From assembly GCA_964424265.1 (NCBI GenBank), contig CAYRHX010000001.1, positions 64,498-128,497 on the forward strand: a stretch of DNA of 64,000 bases. Direction: 5' to 3'. Below the pieces are notes generated by a model, which did no database searches, was not told the origin of the DNA, and saw nothing but the letters and a program-made list of their open reading frames with translations. Source of the DNA: an uncultured Candidatus Saccharibacteria bacterium. GTDB lineage: Bacteria; Patescibacteriota; Minisyncoccia; Phycocordibacterales; UBA2100. Made by a program: the position numbers and the translations under genes. Shown here one piece after another: positions 48,168 through 60,746 of this stretch (within the stretch, counting starts at the first letter, position 1; each line of letters opens with the position of its first letter).

Positions 48168-49583
48168 TTATACCGCTATTTTTTCAACTTCCCTTCCAAG
48201 AATACATGCCGCATCTTCGTTCCCCCATTCAGAGATGAGCTGAAAACCGATTGGGAGCTTGCAGCCGTCGCGCACAACCGTACCTGAAGGTACTGAGATG
48301 GCGGGAATCCCCGCGAGGTTGACGGGCACGGTAAAAATATCGGCAGCATACATCGCAAGAGGATCAGACTTTTCACCCAGTTTCCACGCTGGCACAGGGC
48401 TCGTGGGCAACGCTATCGCATCGACGGATTCAAACGCTTTCGCAAAATCCCGTCGGATAACCTCCCGCACCGCACGTGCTTTACGATAGTATGCATCGAC
48501 ATACCCCGAAGAGAGCACGAATGTCCCTAAGACGATGCGGCGACGCGTCTCAGGGCCGAAGCCAGCAGCGCGACTCTTGGCATACACATCAAAAATGGTA
48601 TCGGCGTCGACAGACAAACCGTATCTAATTCCGTCGAATCGCGCCAAGTTGGTCGACACCTCTGCCGGGTTGACGATGTAATAGACAGCGAGCGCGTACG
48701 CGAGCGTGGGCAACTCAATATCAACAATTGAATACCCGGTTTTCTCCAAAGCGGCAAGGGTGATTTCAAACTGCGCACGCACATCCGTATCTATCCCCTC
48801 TTTGAGAGATGCGCGTGGCACGCCAATTTTTTTTGGAATTTTCGCGCTGTGGGGAATCTTGGGAAGAGATGTCGAATCGTTTTCATCGTACCCCTGAATC
48901 ACCCCGAGTACCATCCGCGCGTCTTCGATGGTCTTGCCGATAACACCAATTTGATCGAGTGATGAGGCGGCCGCAATCAGGCCAAATCGCGAAACAGCTC
49001 CGTACGTCGGCTTAAGACCGACGACTCCACAAAAGGCTGCGGGCTGGCGAATTGAGCCACCCGTATCGCTTCCGAGTGCAGCGAGCGCCATGCCCGAGGC
49101 AACGGCCGCGGCCGAACCACCCGAGGTACCACCCGGTACCCGCGAGAGATCGTGAGGGTTTCGGGTGGGGCCATAGGCTGAATTTTCGGTCGATCCCCCG
49201 AGCGCGAATTCGTCCATGTTGGTGCGACCGAGAAACACAGCTCCCTGCTCTTTCAGTTTCGTGACGACCGTCGCGTCGTATGACGCGACGTATTTCTCGA
49301 GCATTTTCGATGCAGCACTCGCGATACGTCCTTCTATAAGAATGTTGTCCTTGATCGCGATTGGTATGCCGGTAAGCGGCATCGCCTTCCCCCCTGCAAT
49401 TATTTCATCAGCAGCCCGAGCCTCCTTTCTCGCTGAATCGGCCCACACTTCGAGGTATGCATGAATCTCGCCGTCTCTTTTTGCGATGCGATCGAGATAC
49501 GCATTGGTCAGATCGAACGCCGTGTATTCCTTGGCGTCGAGCGCGCGGCGCGCTTCCACTATGGTGAGCGTATCGAGGTTCAT
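48168..49583 (-). CDS. gatA: Glu-tRNA(Gln)/Asp-tRNA(Asn) amidotransferase subunit A
   Basis: Amidase signature GGSSGGSAAAVASGMA with a Ser-cisSer-Lys triad context. Length 471 aa. Confidence 0.9.
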   Translation of the reverse strand: MNLDTLTIVEARRALDAKEYTAFDLTNAYLDRIAKRDGEIHAYLEVWADSARKEARAADEIIAGGKAMPLTGIPIAIKDNILIEGRIASAASKMLEKYVASYDATVVTKLKEQGAVFLGRTNMDEFALGGSTENSAYGPTRNPHDLSRVPGGTSGGSAAAVASGMALAALGSDTGGSIRQPAAFCGVVGLKPTYGAVSRFGLIAAASSLDQIGVIGKTIEDARMVLGVIQGYDENDSTSLPKIPHSAKIPKKIGVPRASLKEGIDTDVRAQFEITLAALEKTGYSIVDIELPTLAYALAVYYIVNPAEVSTNLARFDGIRYGLSVDADTIFDVYAKSRAAGFGPETRRRIVLGTFVLSSGYVDAYYRKARAVREVIRRDFAKAFESVDAIALPTSPVPAWKLGEKSDPLAMYAADIFTVPVNLAGIPAISVPSGTVVRDGCKLPIGFQLISEWGNEDAACILGREVEKIAV

Positions 49584-49939
49584 GTCTTCTTTTGGGTAGC
49601 TTTCTTCGAAACTACACTTGGATTTTCATAGTCGCCCTGCTCGTTGAAAATCTCGGCGCGTGAAATAACTTGTTTTACCGCTATGCGATTTCCCTTGCGA
49701 GATGGAGCCGCTTTCAAAAGTACTTCTGTGTATTTTCCGCTTTCGTGAGGATTTTCATCGGATCGCATCACATTGTGAAGCCCTCGCACATCTCTCTCCT
49801 CCGCCGTCGCAACCTTTTGTATGACCTCCACGAATGCAAGGATTTCTGGAATCTCTCCTTCGAGTCTCGTGATCTCCTCTTTTGATACTTCTATCCGCGC
49901 AAGCTTCGCAAGCGCGGCCACGTCCACTTTGGTAGCCAT
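49580..49939 (-). CDS. gatC: Glu-tRNA(Gln) amidotransferase subunit C
   Basis: About 95-aa GatC-like core (VAALAKLARIEVSKEEITRLEGEIPEILAFVEVIQKV ... RSDE) plus a short C-terminal tail. 4-nt overlap with gatA. Confidence 0.7.
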   Translation of the reverse strand: MATKVDVAALAKLARIEVSKEEITRLEGEIPEILAFVEVIQKVATAEERDVRGLHNVMRSDENPHESGKYTEVLLKAAPSRKGNRIAVKQVISRAEIFNEQGDYENPSVVSKKATQKKT

Positions 49940-49966
49940 GAGCGTATCATACGCACAAAGTCGATC

Positions 49967-50476
49967 TCAGTCACTATGCGTTATCGATTCAAATCTTCCT
50001 ACCTCTCTATTTTTCTTAACATTATTCCAGGCATACGTTTCCCCACCCATGGCCACCCATACACCCGACGGCAATAGATGAGCGGCCGCCAACGCATATC
50101 CCAGGTTGAAAACGGCATCTGAATCTTTCTGCGAAAGTGGTACAAATGAACCCACAAGCACCACGACCTTGCTCCCCACGCCCTTCGCACCGAGAAATTG
50201 CGCAGTCTCCGTCATGGTATCGGTGCCGTGCGTCACAATGATACGATCTTCGGGCGCATTTACACAACTCGCCCAAATCTGTTTTCTATCGATGTCATCA
50301 AGGTCATTCGAATCCTTCTGAAATAATGGCTCGTGAGAAATTGAAACGGTGAGTCGCGCATCCTCAAGTGTGCGTGAGAGATTCGTACCGTTAAATACCG
50401 ATTTTTCTTTCGGATTGTATTCTGGCGAAGAATCAATTGTTCCTCCTGTCGAAATAATACGTATTAAGTTTCTCAT
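49967..50476 (-). CDS. L-asparaginase N-terminal-domain-only protein
   Basis: IISTGGTIDS contains the TGGTI threonine motif and VTHGTDTM is also present. Only about 169 aa, so the C-terminal asparaginase domain is absent. Sits directly upstream of gatC. Confidence 0.65.
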   Translation of the reverse strand: MRNLIRIISTGGTIDSSPEYNPKEKSVFNGTNLSRTLEDARLTVSISHEPLFQKDSNDLDDIDRKQIWASCVNAPEDRIIVTHGTDTMTETAQFLGAKGVGSKVVVLVGSFVPLSQKDSDAVFNLGYALAAAHLLPSGVWVAMGGETYAWNNVKKNREVGRFESITHSD

Positions 50477-50482
50477 ACTAGG

Positions 50483-53059
<2,577 letters not shown>

Positions 53060-53063
<4 letters not shown>

Positions 53064-53623
53064 GGTGATGTTTCGTCCTTAACCCAACGATACAGATTTT
53101 CAGAAATACTAAATGTGCGTGTCTGAAATGCTCCTGTGCTCCAAGAAACAGTGACCGTTACCCTCAGTTCATCATTTGATCCACCAACCTTTGTGACACG
53201 GACGGTCCGTGTAAAATTTGTATCTGCCCACCCAGACTGATAACCATATATCGTACCGTTTGTCTTTAACGACTCGCACGTGCCTGAACACACAGGTGGA
53301 TCTGAAGAAAATGGATCGGTTAAACGCGCATCGACAATGAATGGTTTTTCATTTCCTGATGAACTTATGGGGATATCCCCGAAGATATCAAGGGTTGGAT
53401 CGCTCGGATTTTGCACGATCTGGAGAATTCGCCCGTCACGATACGCTCGAATCGCCTCAAGAGCCTCTTGAGCAAGGTAATACGCGGTCACCTGATCACG
53501 TGCATAGTATGATGCCGAGAGGCTCTTGGATGCGAGTGACATCGGAGCAACGATAGCAATGGTAAGAAGAGAAACAGCTGCTAGCGTTTCGATAAGCGTA
53601 AATCCAGTTGGTCGTTTTTTCAT
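53060..53623 (-). CDS. Type IV pseudopilin (prepilin-type N-terminal cleavage/methylation domain)
   Basis: MKKRPTGFTLIETLAAVSLLTIAIV is a classic prepilin leader plus the GFTLIE motif. Confidence 0.7.
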
Positions 53624-54189
53624 AGGTCTAATACTCGCTGCACCGCAGTCGCCTGAATATGGAAGGTGGTGCGCGCGCTCGTACCCGCTACTCCCGCACT
53701 CCCCTTGATGGTAATGATCACTTTAGGTTGGAAGATATCACCCGGAGTGGTTCCGACGACATAAAATCTCATGTCATCGATAGTGATTTCTGGCGCTGTG
53801 ATTGGGCTCAGATCGCTGATATTTCCCGTGACCGACCTTTCCAAACGATGCGTACCTTCATCGAATGAGTATATCCACACAGGCTCACTCACCAAGCCTC
53901 GAGGCCGAAACGCAAAAACGCTACCGCCGTTCGGACAATCCTCGGGTGTGGTGAGGTTAGATGCATTACAACCATGGAATGTCGATCCCTCTCTCGCGGC
54001 GCGCACCATGCCATCGAGCGCAATATTGAGATTGTTCATGACTGATTGTATCGCCTGAGCCTTTCTGTTTGCCTTCACCAAGGAGAGCAGCGTACTGACA
54101 GAAATCACCATGACAGTGGCAAACAACGCAACGGCCACGATCATCTCGACGAGCGTGAATCCAGCGGTGTGTGTGCGTTTCCGATGCAT
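53620..54189 (-). CDS. Type IV pseudopilin (prepilin-type N-terminal domain)
   Basis: HRKRTHTAGFTLVEMIVAVALFATVMV prepilin motif. Confidence 0.7.
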   Translation of the reverse strand: MHRKRTHTAGFTLVEMIVAVALFATVMVISVSTLLSLVKANRKAQAIQSVMNNLNIALDGMVRAAREGSTFHGCNASNLTTPEDCPNGGSVFAFRPRGLVSEPVWIYSFDEGTHRLERSVTGNISDLSPITAPEITIDDMRFYVVGTTPGDIFQPKVIITIKGSAGVAGTSARTTFHIQATAVQRVLDL

Positions 54190-54190
54190 A

Positions 54191-54859
54191 CTAATTCAAA
54201 AGACGCCCCACAGAAATCTGCCCGCTCGCGTCGATGGTCACATCCATCTTATTTCCCCTTGGCGATTGGAGCTGAATGCGCGCAGCACTCTGACATGCAG
54301 AGGCATTCGAAATACAAGAATCACCGCCTCCTCTACTTATATGCGCATCAGGATCGGGGCGAATAAAGAAGATGTCGAGAGTTTGCGGGCCGCCATTTTG
54401 GTCGGAACAAGTCTCCCCAGTGCTCGAGGTTGCGCAAATCTTCTTGATGAAGAAACCTCCCGACATAGCGCTACTCTGCACTTTCTCATCCGGATTACCG
54501 CCATTGTTGTAGCGCCAATCCGCGGGAGTCACGACATCAGCAAACATGACATATTCTGTGGGACTCATGATATCAAAGTGAACGCCAAAACCAGAAGAGA
54601 AGCTCGCTCCGAACCGCGCGACAGATATACCGTAGAGCTGCGCTTGCCTGATAGAGAGCGCCACGTCGTAGGCGAAGCTCTCGAGCCTTACCGCACCTCC
54701 AAATCGCACGTTGTCGACCAACACGATAGACGTCACGACGACCATGATCGCCGTCACCACAATGAGCTCAACAAGTGAAAATCCTCTTTTTAATACCCGC
54801 CGAGCGGCAAAATCCCCAGGTCGTGGAGTGGATCGATGCCGTAGAGAGTACAGAGCCAT
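54191..54859 (-). CDS. Type IV pseudopilin with a long leader
   Basis: Prepilin motif RRVLKRGFSLVELIVVTAIMVVV. Start is placed at the nearest upstream ATG (MALYSL), giving a leader of about 25 aa. This start overlaps the pilD 3' end by about 70 nt and is uncertain. Confidence 0.55.
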   Translation of the reverse strand: MALYSLRHRSTPRPGDFAARRVLKRGFSLVELIVVTAIMVVVTSIVLVDNVRFGGAVRLESFAYDVALSIRQAQLYGISVARFGASFSSGFGVHFDIMSPTEYVMFADVVTPADWRYNNGGNPDEKVQSSAMSGGFFIKKICATSSTGETCSDQNGGPQTLDIFFIRPDPDAHISRGGGDSCISNASACQSAARIQLQSPRGNKMDVTIDASGQISVGRLLN

Positions 54860-55626
54860 AGCGTTATACAACTGATGATGAGAAACGGGCCAAACGGAAT
54901 CTCGCTGCTCATTGTAAACCGCCCGCTCGGCATATCCAAAGAAGTTATCCCGTATTTCTGGAGCGCTTGCAGGATGTGCGGAAGCGGCATCAGTACGCCA
55001 ACAGAAATGACAGCGCCAATAATGAAAGAGAGGAAGACCGCAACGAGGCCGAGTGGAAATCCGAGCAACCACCCAATGCCAAGCGCCAATTTTGAATCCC
55101 CCAGCCCCATCCACCGTCCACCGGAGACGAGCCACAGAAGGAAAAGCGGCGCGGCAGCAAGCGGCCCTGCAAGAAGGAAAAGAGCGACTGTACTTGTCTC
55201 ACCAAGCGATACAAGTGATCCGCCTATGAGAAATGAAAAGCCTGCAAAGGTATACGCCCACTCGTCGGGAATAATAGTGTGCCGAATGTCGTAGGCAGCG
55301 ATCGCGATCAAGATCGCGGCCTCGGCACACAAGAGGATCTTGTAGAATATTCCGACGAAAGGCGCGCCGCCGATCGCAGCAAACAATATCGCCGTCGTCG
55401 CCTCAACGAGCGGATATTGGACGGAGATCGGCGCGCGACATTCGCGACACTTCCCCCCAAGCGCAATCCACGAAAAGACGGGGATCATGTCGTACCACTT
55501 GAGCCGTGCCCCGCACGCCATGCACCCACTCCGGCCTCCCACAGACCGTACCCCGTGTCGAATGATGAGGACATTGAGAAAACTACCGACAATGAGGCCA
55601 AACAGTCCAAACACGAGCGCAAACAT
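54790..55626 (-). CDS. pilD: Prepilin peptidase (A24 family) PilD
   Basis: N-terminal GLFGLIVGSFLNVLI, a tetra-Cys Zn motif CMACGARL...CRECRAP, and catalytic Asp motifs YDIRH and GLGDSKL. Start is trimmed to the ATG at 55626. Confidence 0.85.
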   Translation of the reverse strand: MFALVFGLFGLIVGSFLNVLIIRHGVRSVGGRSGCMACGARLKWYDMIPVFSWIALGGKCRECRAPISVQYPLVEATTAILFAAIGGAPFVGIFYKILLCAEAAILIAIAAYDIRHTIIPDEWAYTFAGFSFLIGGSLVSLGETSTVALFLLAGPLAAAPLFLLWLVSGGRWMGLGDSKLALGIGWLLGFPLGLVAVFLSFIIGAVISVGVLMPLPHILQALQKYGITSLDMPSGRFTMSSEIPFGPFLIISCITLWLCTLYGIDPLHDLGILPLGGY

Positions 55627-55644
55627 GCACCGAGTATACAACAC

Positions 55645-55668
55645 AAAACCCCGCGTTCGCGGGGTTTT
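55645..55668. terminator. Intrinsic terminator/attenuator hairpin between pilA and pilD
   Basis: AAAACCCCGCG-ttc-GCGGGGTTTTGT, a perfect GC-rich stem with A/T-tract flanks. Confidence 0.6.
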
Positions 55669-55691
55669 GTTCCTCTAATCACCAGGCTAAC

Positions 55692-56222
55692 CTACGGTCT
55701 GACATCATAGATGAGACCGTCCGCACTTCCATTGAAACCCCCGCTCGCTGCCGCAATATCAGCGTTACCTGCCCAATCGCCACCGGTGCATTGACTACTT
55801 GCAACGGAATCATAATCAGCATCCGAGTTTAGCACGGTATGTCCAGCCGTCTCGAGCTTGGTACCAAGGTGGTAACTCGAGCAAATAGCACCACTTCCGA
55901 TCGCTTCATATGCGTATCCGAGACCACTTGTCGGGTCATTCGGGACAGCTGCGATATAGCTGTTGCCTACAAGGCCTCCGTCGGAACAACCCGTTCCAGA
56001 GGTGTCGGTAAATTGTGCCGCGACTGGGTAACTGCCGCAAGCATCGTAATAGAGCTCAAGTGCAAGCTGAAGTTGCTTGATATCCGAGACGCGACGAGCA
56101 TCACGGCCCTTTTTGCGAGCACTGTTAAGAGAGGCGAGAACGATTGACGAGAGAATGCCGATAATCGCGATCACTACTAGGAGCTCGATCAACGTAAACC
56201 CTCGCTTATAAGTTTTTGTCAT
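55692..56222 (-). CDS. pilA: Type IV major pilin (PilA-like)
   Basis: Leader MTKTYKRG followed by FTLIELLVVIAIIGILSSIVLASL, and a C-terminal domain with Cys residues. Start is chosen to give a short canonical leader. Confidence 0.8.
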   Translation of the reverse strand: MTKTYKRGFTLIELLVVIAIIGILSSIVLASLNSARKKGRDARRVSDIKQLQLALELYYDACGSYPVAAQFTDTSGTGCSDGGLVGNSYIAAVPNDPTSGLGYAYEAIGSGAICSSYHLGTKLETAGHTVLNSDADYDSVASSQCTGGDWAGNADIAAASGGFNGSADGLIYDVRP

Positions 56223-56320
56223 ATATGACATGAAATTAGCCATTAGCCCGTCAATAATATATCGTAATTGTATATCCCTGTTGAAGAGGCTGTCGGAGAG
56301 GGTGGGGATAACCAAAAATC

Positions 56321-57529
56321 CTAGAAACTCGAGGCGATGTTGTAGATAGGCAGGAGCACGGCGGCGAGAAGTACTGCGACGCCCAGGGCGAGCATCACGA
56401 TCATCATTGGTTCGATGAGGCCTACCAGAGTATCAACCGCGTTATTTACCTCGCGACGGTAGAATCGTGCCATGGTCTCCAATATCTTCGACATGTTACC
56501 CGTCTCTTCGCCGATTTTGACCATAGCGACGACGATCCCCGGAATCTCTCTGTGCTTTCTCAAGGCTTCCGACAGCGGCAACCCTCCCTTCACGTCGTTT
56601 GCCGCCGCAGCCAATACCTTCTCATACACCGCATCTCCGACCACCGAGCTCGTGATCTCAAGGCCGCGCAATACCTGAATACCGCTACGCAACATGGTAG
56701 AAAGGTTGTCGGCAATGCGTGAGATGAAAATCTTTTGATAAATGTCGCCTATCGCGGGTGTTTCGAGTCGAGCCCGAGAAAGCACCTCCCTCCCCCGCGC
56801 TGTTTGTGAGAATCGGTAGACGAAGACAATGCCGATCGCAAGCATGATTCCAATCAAGAGTATGTACTTGCTGAGAAACGTGGACATACCGATCACTACT
56901 TTCGTGTATATGGGTACGTTTTGCCCTACTTCCGACAACATGCTTGCCAAATTCGGGATAACGAGCGTCATCATGAGCACCATCACGACGACAAAGGTGA
57001 GCACGATAAACGCCGGATATACGAGAGCATTTCTCGCCTTCTGACTCAACTCGTAGTTGCGGTCCATGTAATCTGCAAGAAAAGCGAAGGTCTCGTCGAG
57101 CTTTCCTGTCTCTTCGCCTGCCCGCACCATGTTGACGTAAAACACCGAAAACGCCTGAGGGTGTTTGCCGAGCGCCGCTGCGATCGAACTGCCGCTTTGC
57201 AAATCATTGGCCACGCCCGTGAGCGCGTCTCCCAAAGCGGGGGTACGCGCCTCGGCAGCGAGAAGTCGAAATGCCCGTAGCGCAGAGACCTGCGCCTCGA
57301 AAAGCGTTGTGATCTGCCTACTTATCATCACCACGTCGGCATTCGTAATGCGATCAAAAAGCGAAAGCCGCGTGGAAAGCGCAGAAGAGCTCTTCACCGG
57401 ATCAATGCCCGAGATGATGAGCCCGCGCCGCTGCAGGGCAGCGATCGCGACATCCATGTTGACCGCATCGATCGTGCCATGCCGTTCGTTTCCTTGCGCG
57501 TCGAGCGCGGTATAGGTAAACAGCGCCAT
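56321..57529 (-). CDS. pilC: Type IV pilus inner-membrane platform protein PilC (GspF family)
   Basis: Two T2SSF repeats with three TM segments. Length 402 aa. Confidence 0.9.
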   Translation of the reverse strand: MALFTYTALDAQGNERHGTIDAVNMDVAIAALQRRGLIISGIDPVKSSSALSTRLSLFDRITNADVVMISRQITTLFEAQVSALRAFRLLAAEARTPALGDALTGVANDLQSGSSIAAALGKHPQAFSVFYVNMVRAGEETGKLDETFAFLADYMDRNYELSQKARNALVYPAFIVLTFVVVMVLMMTLVIPNLASMLSEVGQNVPIYTKVVIGMSTFLSKYILLIGIMLAIGIVFVYRFSQTARGREVLSRARLETPAIGDIYQKIFISRIADNLSTMLRSGIQVLRGLEITSSVVGDAVYEKVLAAAANDVKGGLPLSEALRKHREIPGIVVAMVKIGEETGNMSKILETMARFYRREVNNAVDTLVGLIEPMMIVMLALGVAVLLAAVLLPIYNIASSF

Positions 57530-57532
57530 GCC

Positions 57533-58597
57533 TTAGAGCAACCTTTGCAAGAGGTTGGGGTTTAGGGAATATTGGTATGCGTTTTCGGGCGTGATCTCCC
57601 CGCGACCGACTAATTCTGCAAGGGAGCGATTCATGTCGAGCATGCCCTCGGTCGACCCCGTCTCTATCACCGTGTTGATCTCATGCGTCCGCTTCTCACG
57701 AATGAGATTCGCCACGGCTTTGTTATTGATAAGCAGCTCACACGCAGGGATGAGCCCCCCAGAGATTCGTGGAATGAGACGCTGAGAAAAGATACCCGCA
57801 AGGGAAGATGCTAACTGCAAACGAATCTGATCCTGCTGACCTCCGGGGAAGGTATCGATGATTCGATCGATCGTCTGCGCCGCGTTGTTGGTGTGAAGCG
57901 TTGAAAACACGAGGTGACCCGTCTCGGCGGCCGTCACCGCTGCAGCCATCGTCTCGGGTCCACGCATCTCCCCCACCAAAAGCACATCCACATCTTCTCG
58001 AAATGCCGACTGAAGTGCTGAGGCGAAATCTCTTGTGTCGATCCCAACCTCACGCTGATCGACGAGAGATTGCTTCGGCTCGAAGACGTACTCGATAGGG
58101 TCTTCAACGGTGATGATGTGCTCCATCCTTTCAGTGTTGATGAGCTCGATCATCGCGGCAAGCGTGGTGGTCTTGCCTTGTCCTACAGGCCCTACGACGA
58201 GGAAAAATCCTTGAGATTTCCGAGCAAAAGAAAGCAAGACCTCCGGAAGGTTCAACTCTTGCAACGTGGCGATTCGTTTTGGAATGAGCCGCAACGCTAT
58301 GCCTACTGCTCCTCTCTGGAAAAACGCGTTGCCTCGAAAACGCTGGTTGTCGGACGTTTCGTAGGCAAAATCTATTTCCTGCCGCTCGAGAAAACGCTTT
58401 TCTTGATCCGGACTGATCATCGTCTTCAAAAATCCTCGCGTATCTTCAGGAGTGAGGATATCCTCTTTGAGCATCGGGGTGAGCGAGCCGGAGACACGGA
58501 TGGTGGGATGCGCACCCGTGGAAAAATGGAGGTCAGACCCGCCCTCGTGCGCAAGGACGTTTATATACTTTTTGAACAGTGCGGGGTAATCCTTCAT
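57533..58597 (-). CDS. pilT: Type IV pilus retraction ATPase PilT
   Basis: PilT-length protein (354 aa) with SDLHF, Walker A VGPVGQGKTTTL, Asp box, Walker B DVLLVGEMRG and His box FSTLHTN. Confidence 0.85.
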   Translation of the reverse strand: MKDYPALFKKYINVLAHEGGSDLHFSTGAHPTIRVSGSLTPMLKEDILTPEDTRGFLKTMISPDQEKRFLERQEIDFAYETSDNQRFRGNAFFQRGAVGIALRLIPKRIATLQELNLPEVLLSFARKSQGFFLVVGPVGQGKTTTLAAMIELINTERMEHIITVEDPIEYVFEPKQSLVDQREVGIDTRDFASALQSAFREDVDVLLVGEMRGPETMAAAVTAAETGHLVFSTLHTNNAAQTIDRIIDTFPGGQQDQIRLQLASSLAGIFSQRLIPRISGGLIPACELLINNKAVANLIREKRTHEINTVIETGSTEGMLDMNRSLAELVGRGEITPENAYQYSLNPNLLQRLL

Positions 58598-58615
58598 GAT
58601 GAAATGATAACAGCA

Positions 58616-59038
58616 CTAAGCGCGTCGTTTCGTGAGCTCTTCGGTAATGGTGTTAACAACTTCGGAGGGAATCATGTTGGCCTTAACGATGTACCGCATC
58701 GCGCCGAGATCAGCTATCTTCATTCTCTCGGCGTCGTCGTTTTGATTTGTAAGTGCAATTTTGATAGATACTGGAGCCAGGTGCTCTTCGGAAACCGCCC
58801 TGAGAAAAGAGAAGCCATCGAGCTCGGGCATGGTGATATCGAAGAGTATGACATCGGGAGTAAAGCCCCCACGTAAGAGGACGAGAGCTTCTTTAGCCGA
58901 TAAACATGCGTTTACAGAGTAGCCCATAGCCGTAAATTTCATCACGTACATGTCGAGAAGAAATTTGTCATCGTCGACTAAGAGCACGACCCCTTTTGTT
59001 GTGTTTGTGGTTTCTGACATGGTTTTATTTTTTATCAA
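58616..59038 (-). CDS. Single-domain response regulator (REC, CheY-like) embedded in the pilus cluster
   Basis: VLLVDDD, phospho-acceptor context ILFDITMPELDG, and a later K. Length 140 aa. Confidence 0.75.
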   Translation of the reverse strand: MIKNKTMSETTNTTKGVVLLVDDDKFLLDMYVMKFTAMGYSVNACLSAKEALVLLRGGFTPDVILFDITMPELDGFSFLRAVSEEHLAPVSIKIALTNQNDDAERMKIADLGAMRYIVKANMIPSEVVNTITEELTKRRA

Positions 59039-60737
59039 TCGTATCCGCCTCGGAGGACGAACCGCTCACGGGCGTCGGCTCTTCTTCCCCTCCCGCGAGC
59101 ATGAGCGTACTCAAGGTGTTCACTTCCGAGAATGGGATCTTCTGCTCGAACGCTTTCATCATAGCATCCTCGCGCATTGTGAGCATACCTTGAGTGCGCG
59201 CCACAGCCCAAATACGAGAATCTACAGGATCGTCCAGAATGATTTTCTCGATCTCAGGAGACATCTCCAGCACCTCAAACACAGCCATACGACCCTTAAG
59301 CCCAGTGGGACACGTCGGGGTACGCATTGCTTCATACGCGTGGTCTGGAATGGGAAATCGATACTTTTCTGGCAATGATTCAAACTGTTTTTCGAAACTC
59401 TTTTTCATTGATGGAGTGAGCGGCATCTCCTTCGCCGCCCCCGCGCAAAACGTACGCGTGAGCCTCTGCGCTATGGAAAGCGTGAGCACGGGGGGGATCA
59501 AGTACGGATCTACACCCATGTCGATAAGGCGGGGTATCACGCCGACAGCGTCGTTGGTGTGAATAGTGGAAAGTACGAGGTGACCCGTAAGTGCTGCCTG
59601 GATCGCGAGTTTGGCCGTCTCTCCATCGCGGATTTCTCCAACCATGATCACATCGGGATCTTGGCGAAGTGTGGTGCGCAGGCCTGTCGCAAATGTGTAG
59701 CCGATCTCGGGACGAACCTGCGACTGAATCACACCCTCAATGTAGTACTCGACGGGGTCCTCAAGCGACAAAACGTTTTTGTGTTCTCTATCCACTTCGG
59801 AGAGCATGGAATAGAGCGTCGTCGATTTTCCCGATCCGGTCGGGCCGGAAATGAGGATGAGTCCATACGGTTTCTTAATTGCCTGACGAATCAATTCAAG
59901 ATTCCGCGGCGTAAGCCCGATCTGATCAAGTGGTATAAATCCTTGTTCACGGTCAAGAATACGAATCACTACCTTTTCTCCATTGAATGAAGGAAACGTC
60001 GAGACGCGGAAGTCGATCTGCCGATTATCGATCTTGGCAGAAAAACGACCGTCTTGCGGTTTCCGCATTTCGTCGAGACGAATGCTTGCAAGCACCTTTA
60101 CACGCGCGACAAGCGCGCGATGCGTGTTGAGCGGGAGGACGACGCTCGTGTGCAAATCGCCGTCAACACGATACCGCACCCTTACACCAGTCGGCTGAGG
60201 TTCGATATGAATATCTGATGCGTTGCCGTCTACTGCATACCGAAGAATCGTCGAGACTATTTTTATCGTGGGAGCGTCTTCTTGTATCTTCGCCATCTTG
60301 TCTCCAGGCGTTCGTCCAATCGTCGGGTCTTCAAGATCAAGCCCGGCCACTTCACCTTCTTGCTCTTTGTTTTTATTTTGTTTTTGCTCCGATTGGAGAT
60401 CGGTGACCGCCCTCTCTACCTCCCCGCCCAAACCACGATACATCGCGAGTACACGATCAAGATCTTCTGGTGAAATCTTGAATACTTTAAACGGCATCCC
60501 AGAAACACGGGTAATAAAGTTGAGCGCATCGATGCCATCGATATCCTCCGGATCTACCATGCCGACCTCAAGGACACCTTCCACCACACCGAGTGGGACG
60601 AGGCGGTAGTGCGTCGCCGACTCTTCTGGCACATACCGAAGCACGTCGTAGGGAATTCGTATCTCCCCTATGGATCGAGTGTCCACGACAGAATCATCTG
60701 TGACATTCTTTGTCGCCCCTGTTCCAACTCCTGGCAT
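59025..60737 (-). CDS. pilB: Type IV pilus assembly ATPase PilB (GspE family)
   Basis: N-terminal GSPII_E_N-like domain, Walker A GPTGSGKSTTLYSML, Walker B VIMVGEIRD, and a tetra-Cys region CAGAAKEM...C..TGLKG. Length 570 aa. Confidence 0.9.
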   Translation of the reverse strand: MPGVGTGATKNVTDDSVVDTRSIGEIRIPYDVLRYVPEESATHYRLVPLGVVEGVLEVGMVDPEDIDGIDALNFITRVSGMPFKVFKISPEDLDRVLAMYRGLGGEVERAVTDLQSEQKQNKNKEQEGEVAGLDLEDPTIGRTPGDKMAKIQEDAPTIKIVSTILRYAVDGNASDIHIEPQPTGVRVRYRVDGDLHTSVVLPLNTHRALVARVKVLASIRLDEMRKPQDGRFSAKIDNRQIDFRVSTFPSFNGEKVVIRILDREQGFIPLDQIGLTPRNLELIRQAIKKPYGLILISGPTGSGKSTTLYSMLSEVDREHKNVLSLEDPVEYYIEGVIQSQVRPEIGYTFATGLRTTLRQDPDVIMVGEIRDGETAKLAIQAALTGHLVLSTIHTNDAVGVIPRLIDMGVDPYLIPPVLTLSIAQRLTRTFCAGAAKEMPLTPSMKKSFEKQFESLPEKYRFPIPDHAYEAMRTPTCPTGLKGRMAVFEVLEMSPEIEKIILDDPVDSRIWAVARTQGMLTMREDAMMKAFEQKIPFSEVNTLSTLMLAGGEEEPTPVSGSSSEADTIDKK

Positions 60738-60746
60738 ACAAAAGTA

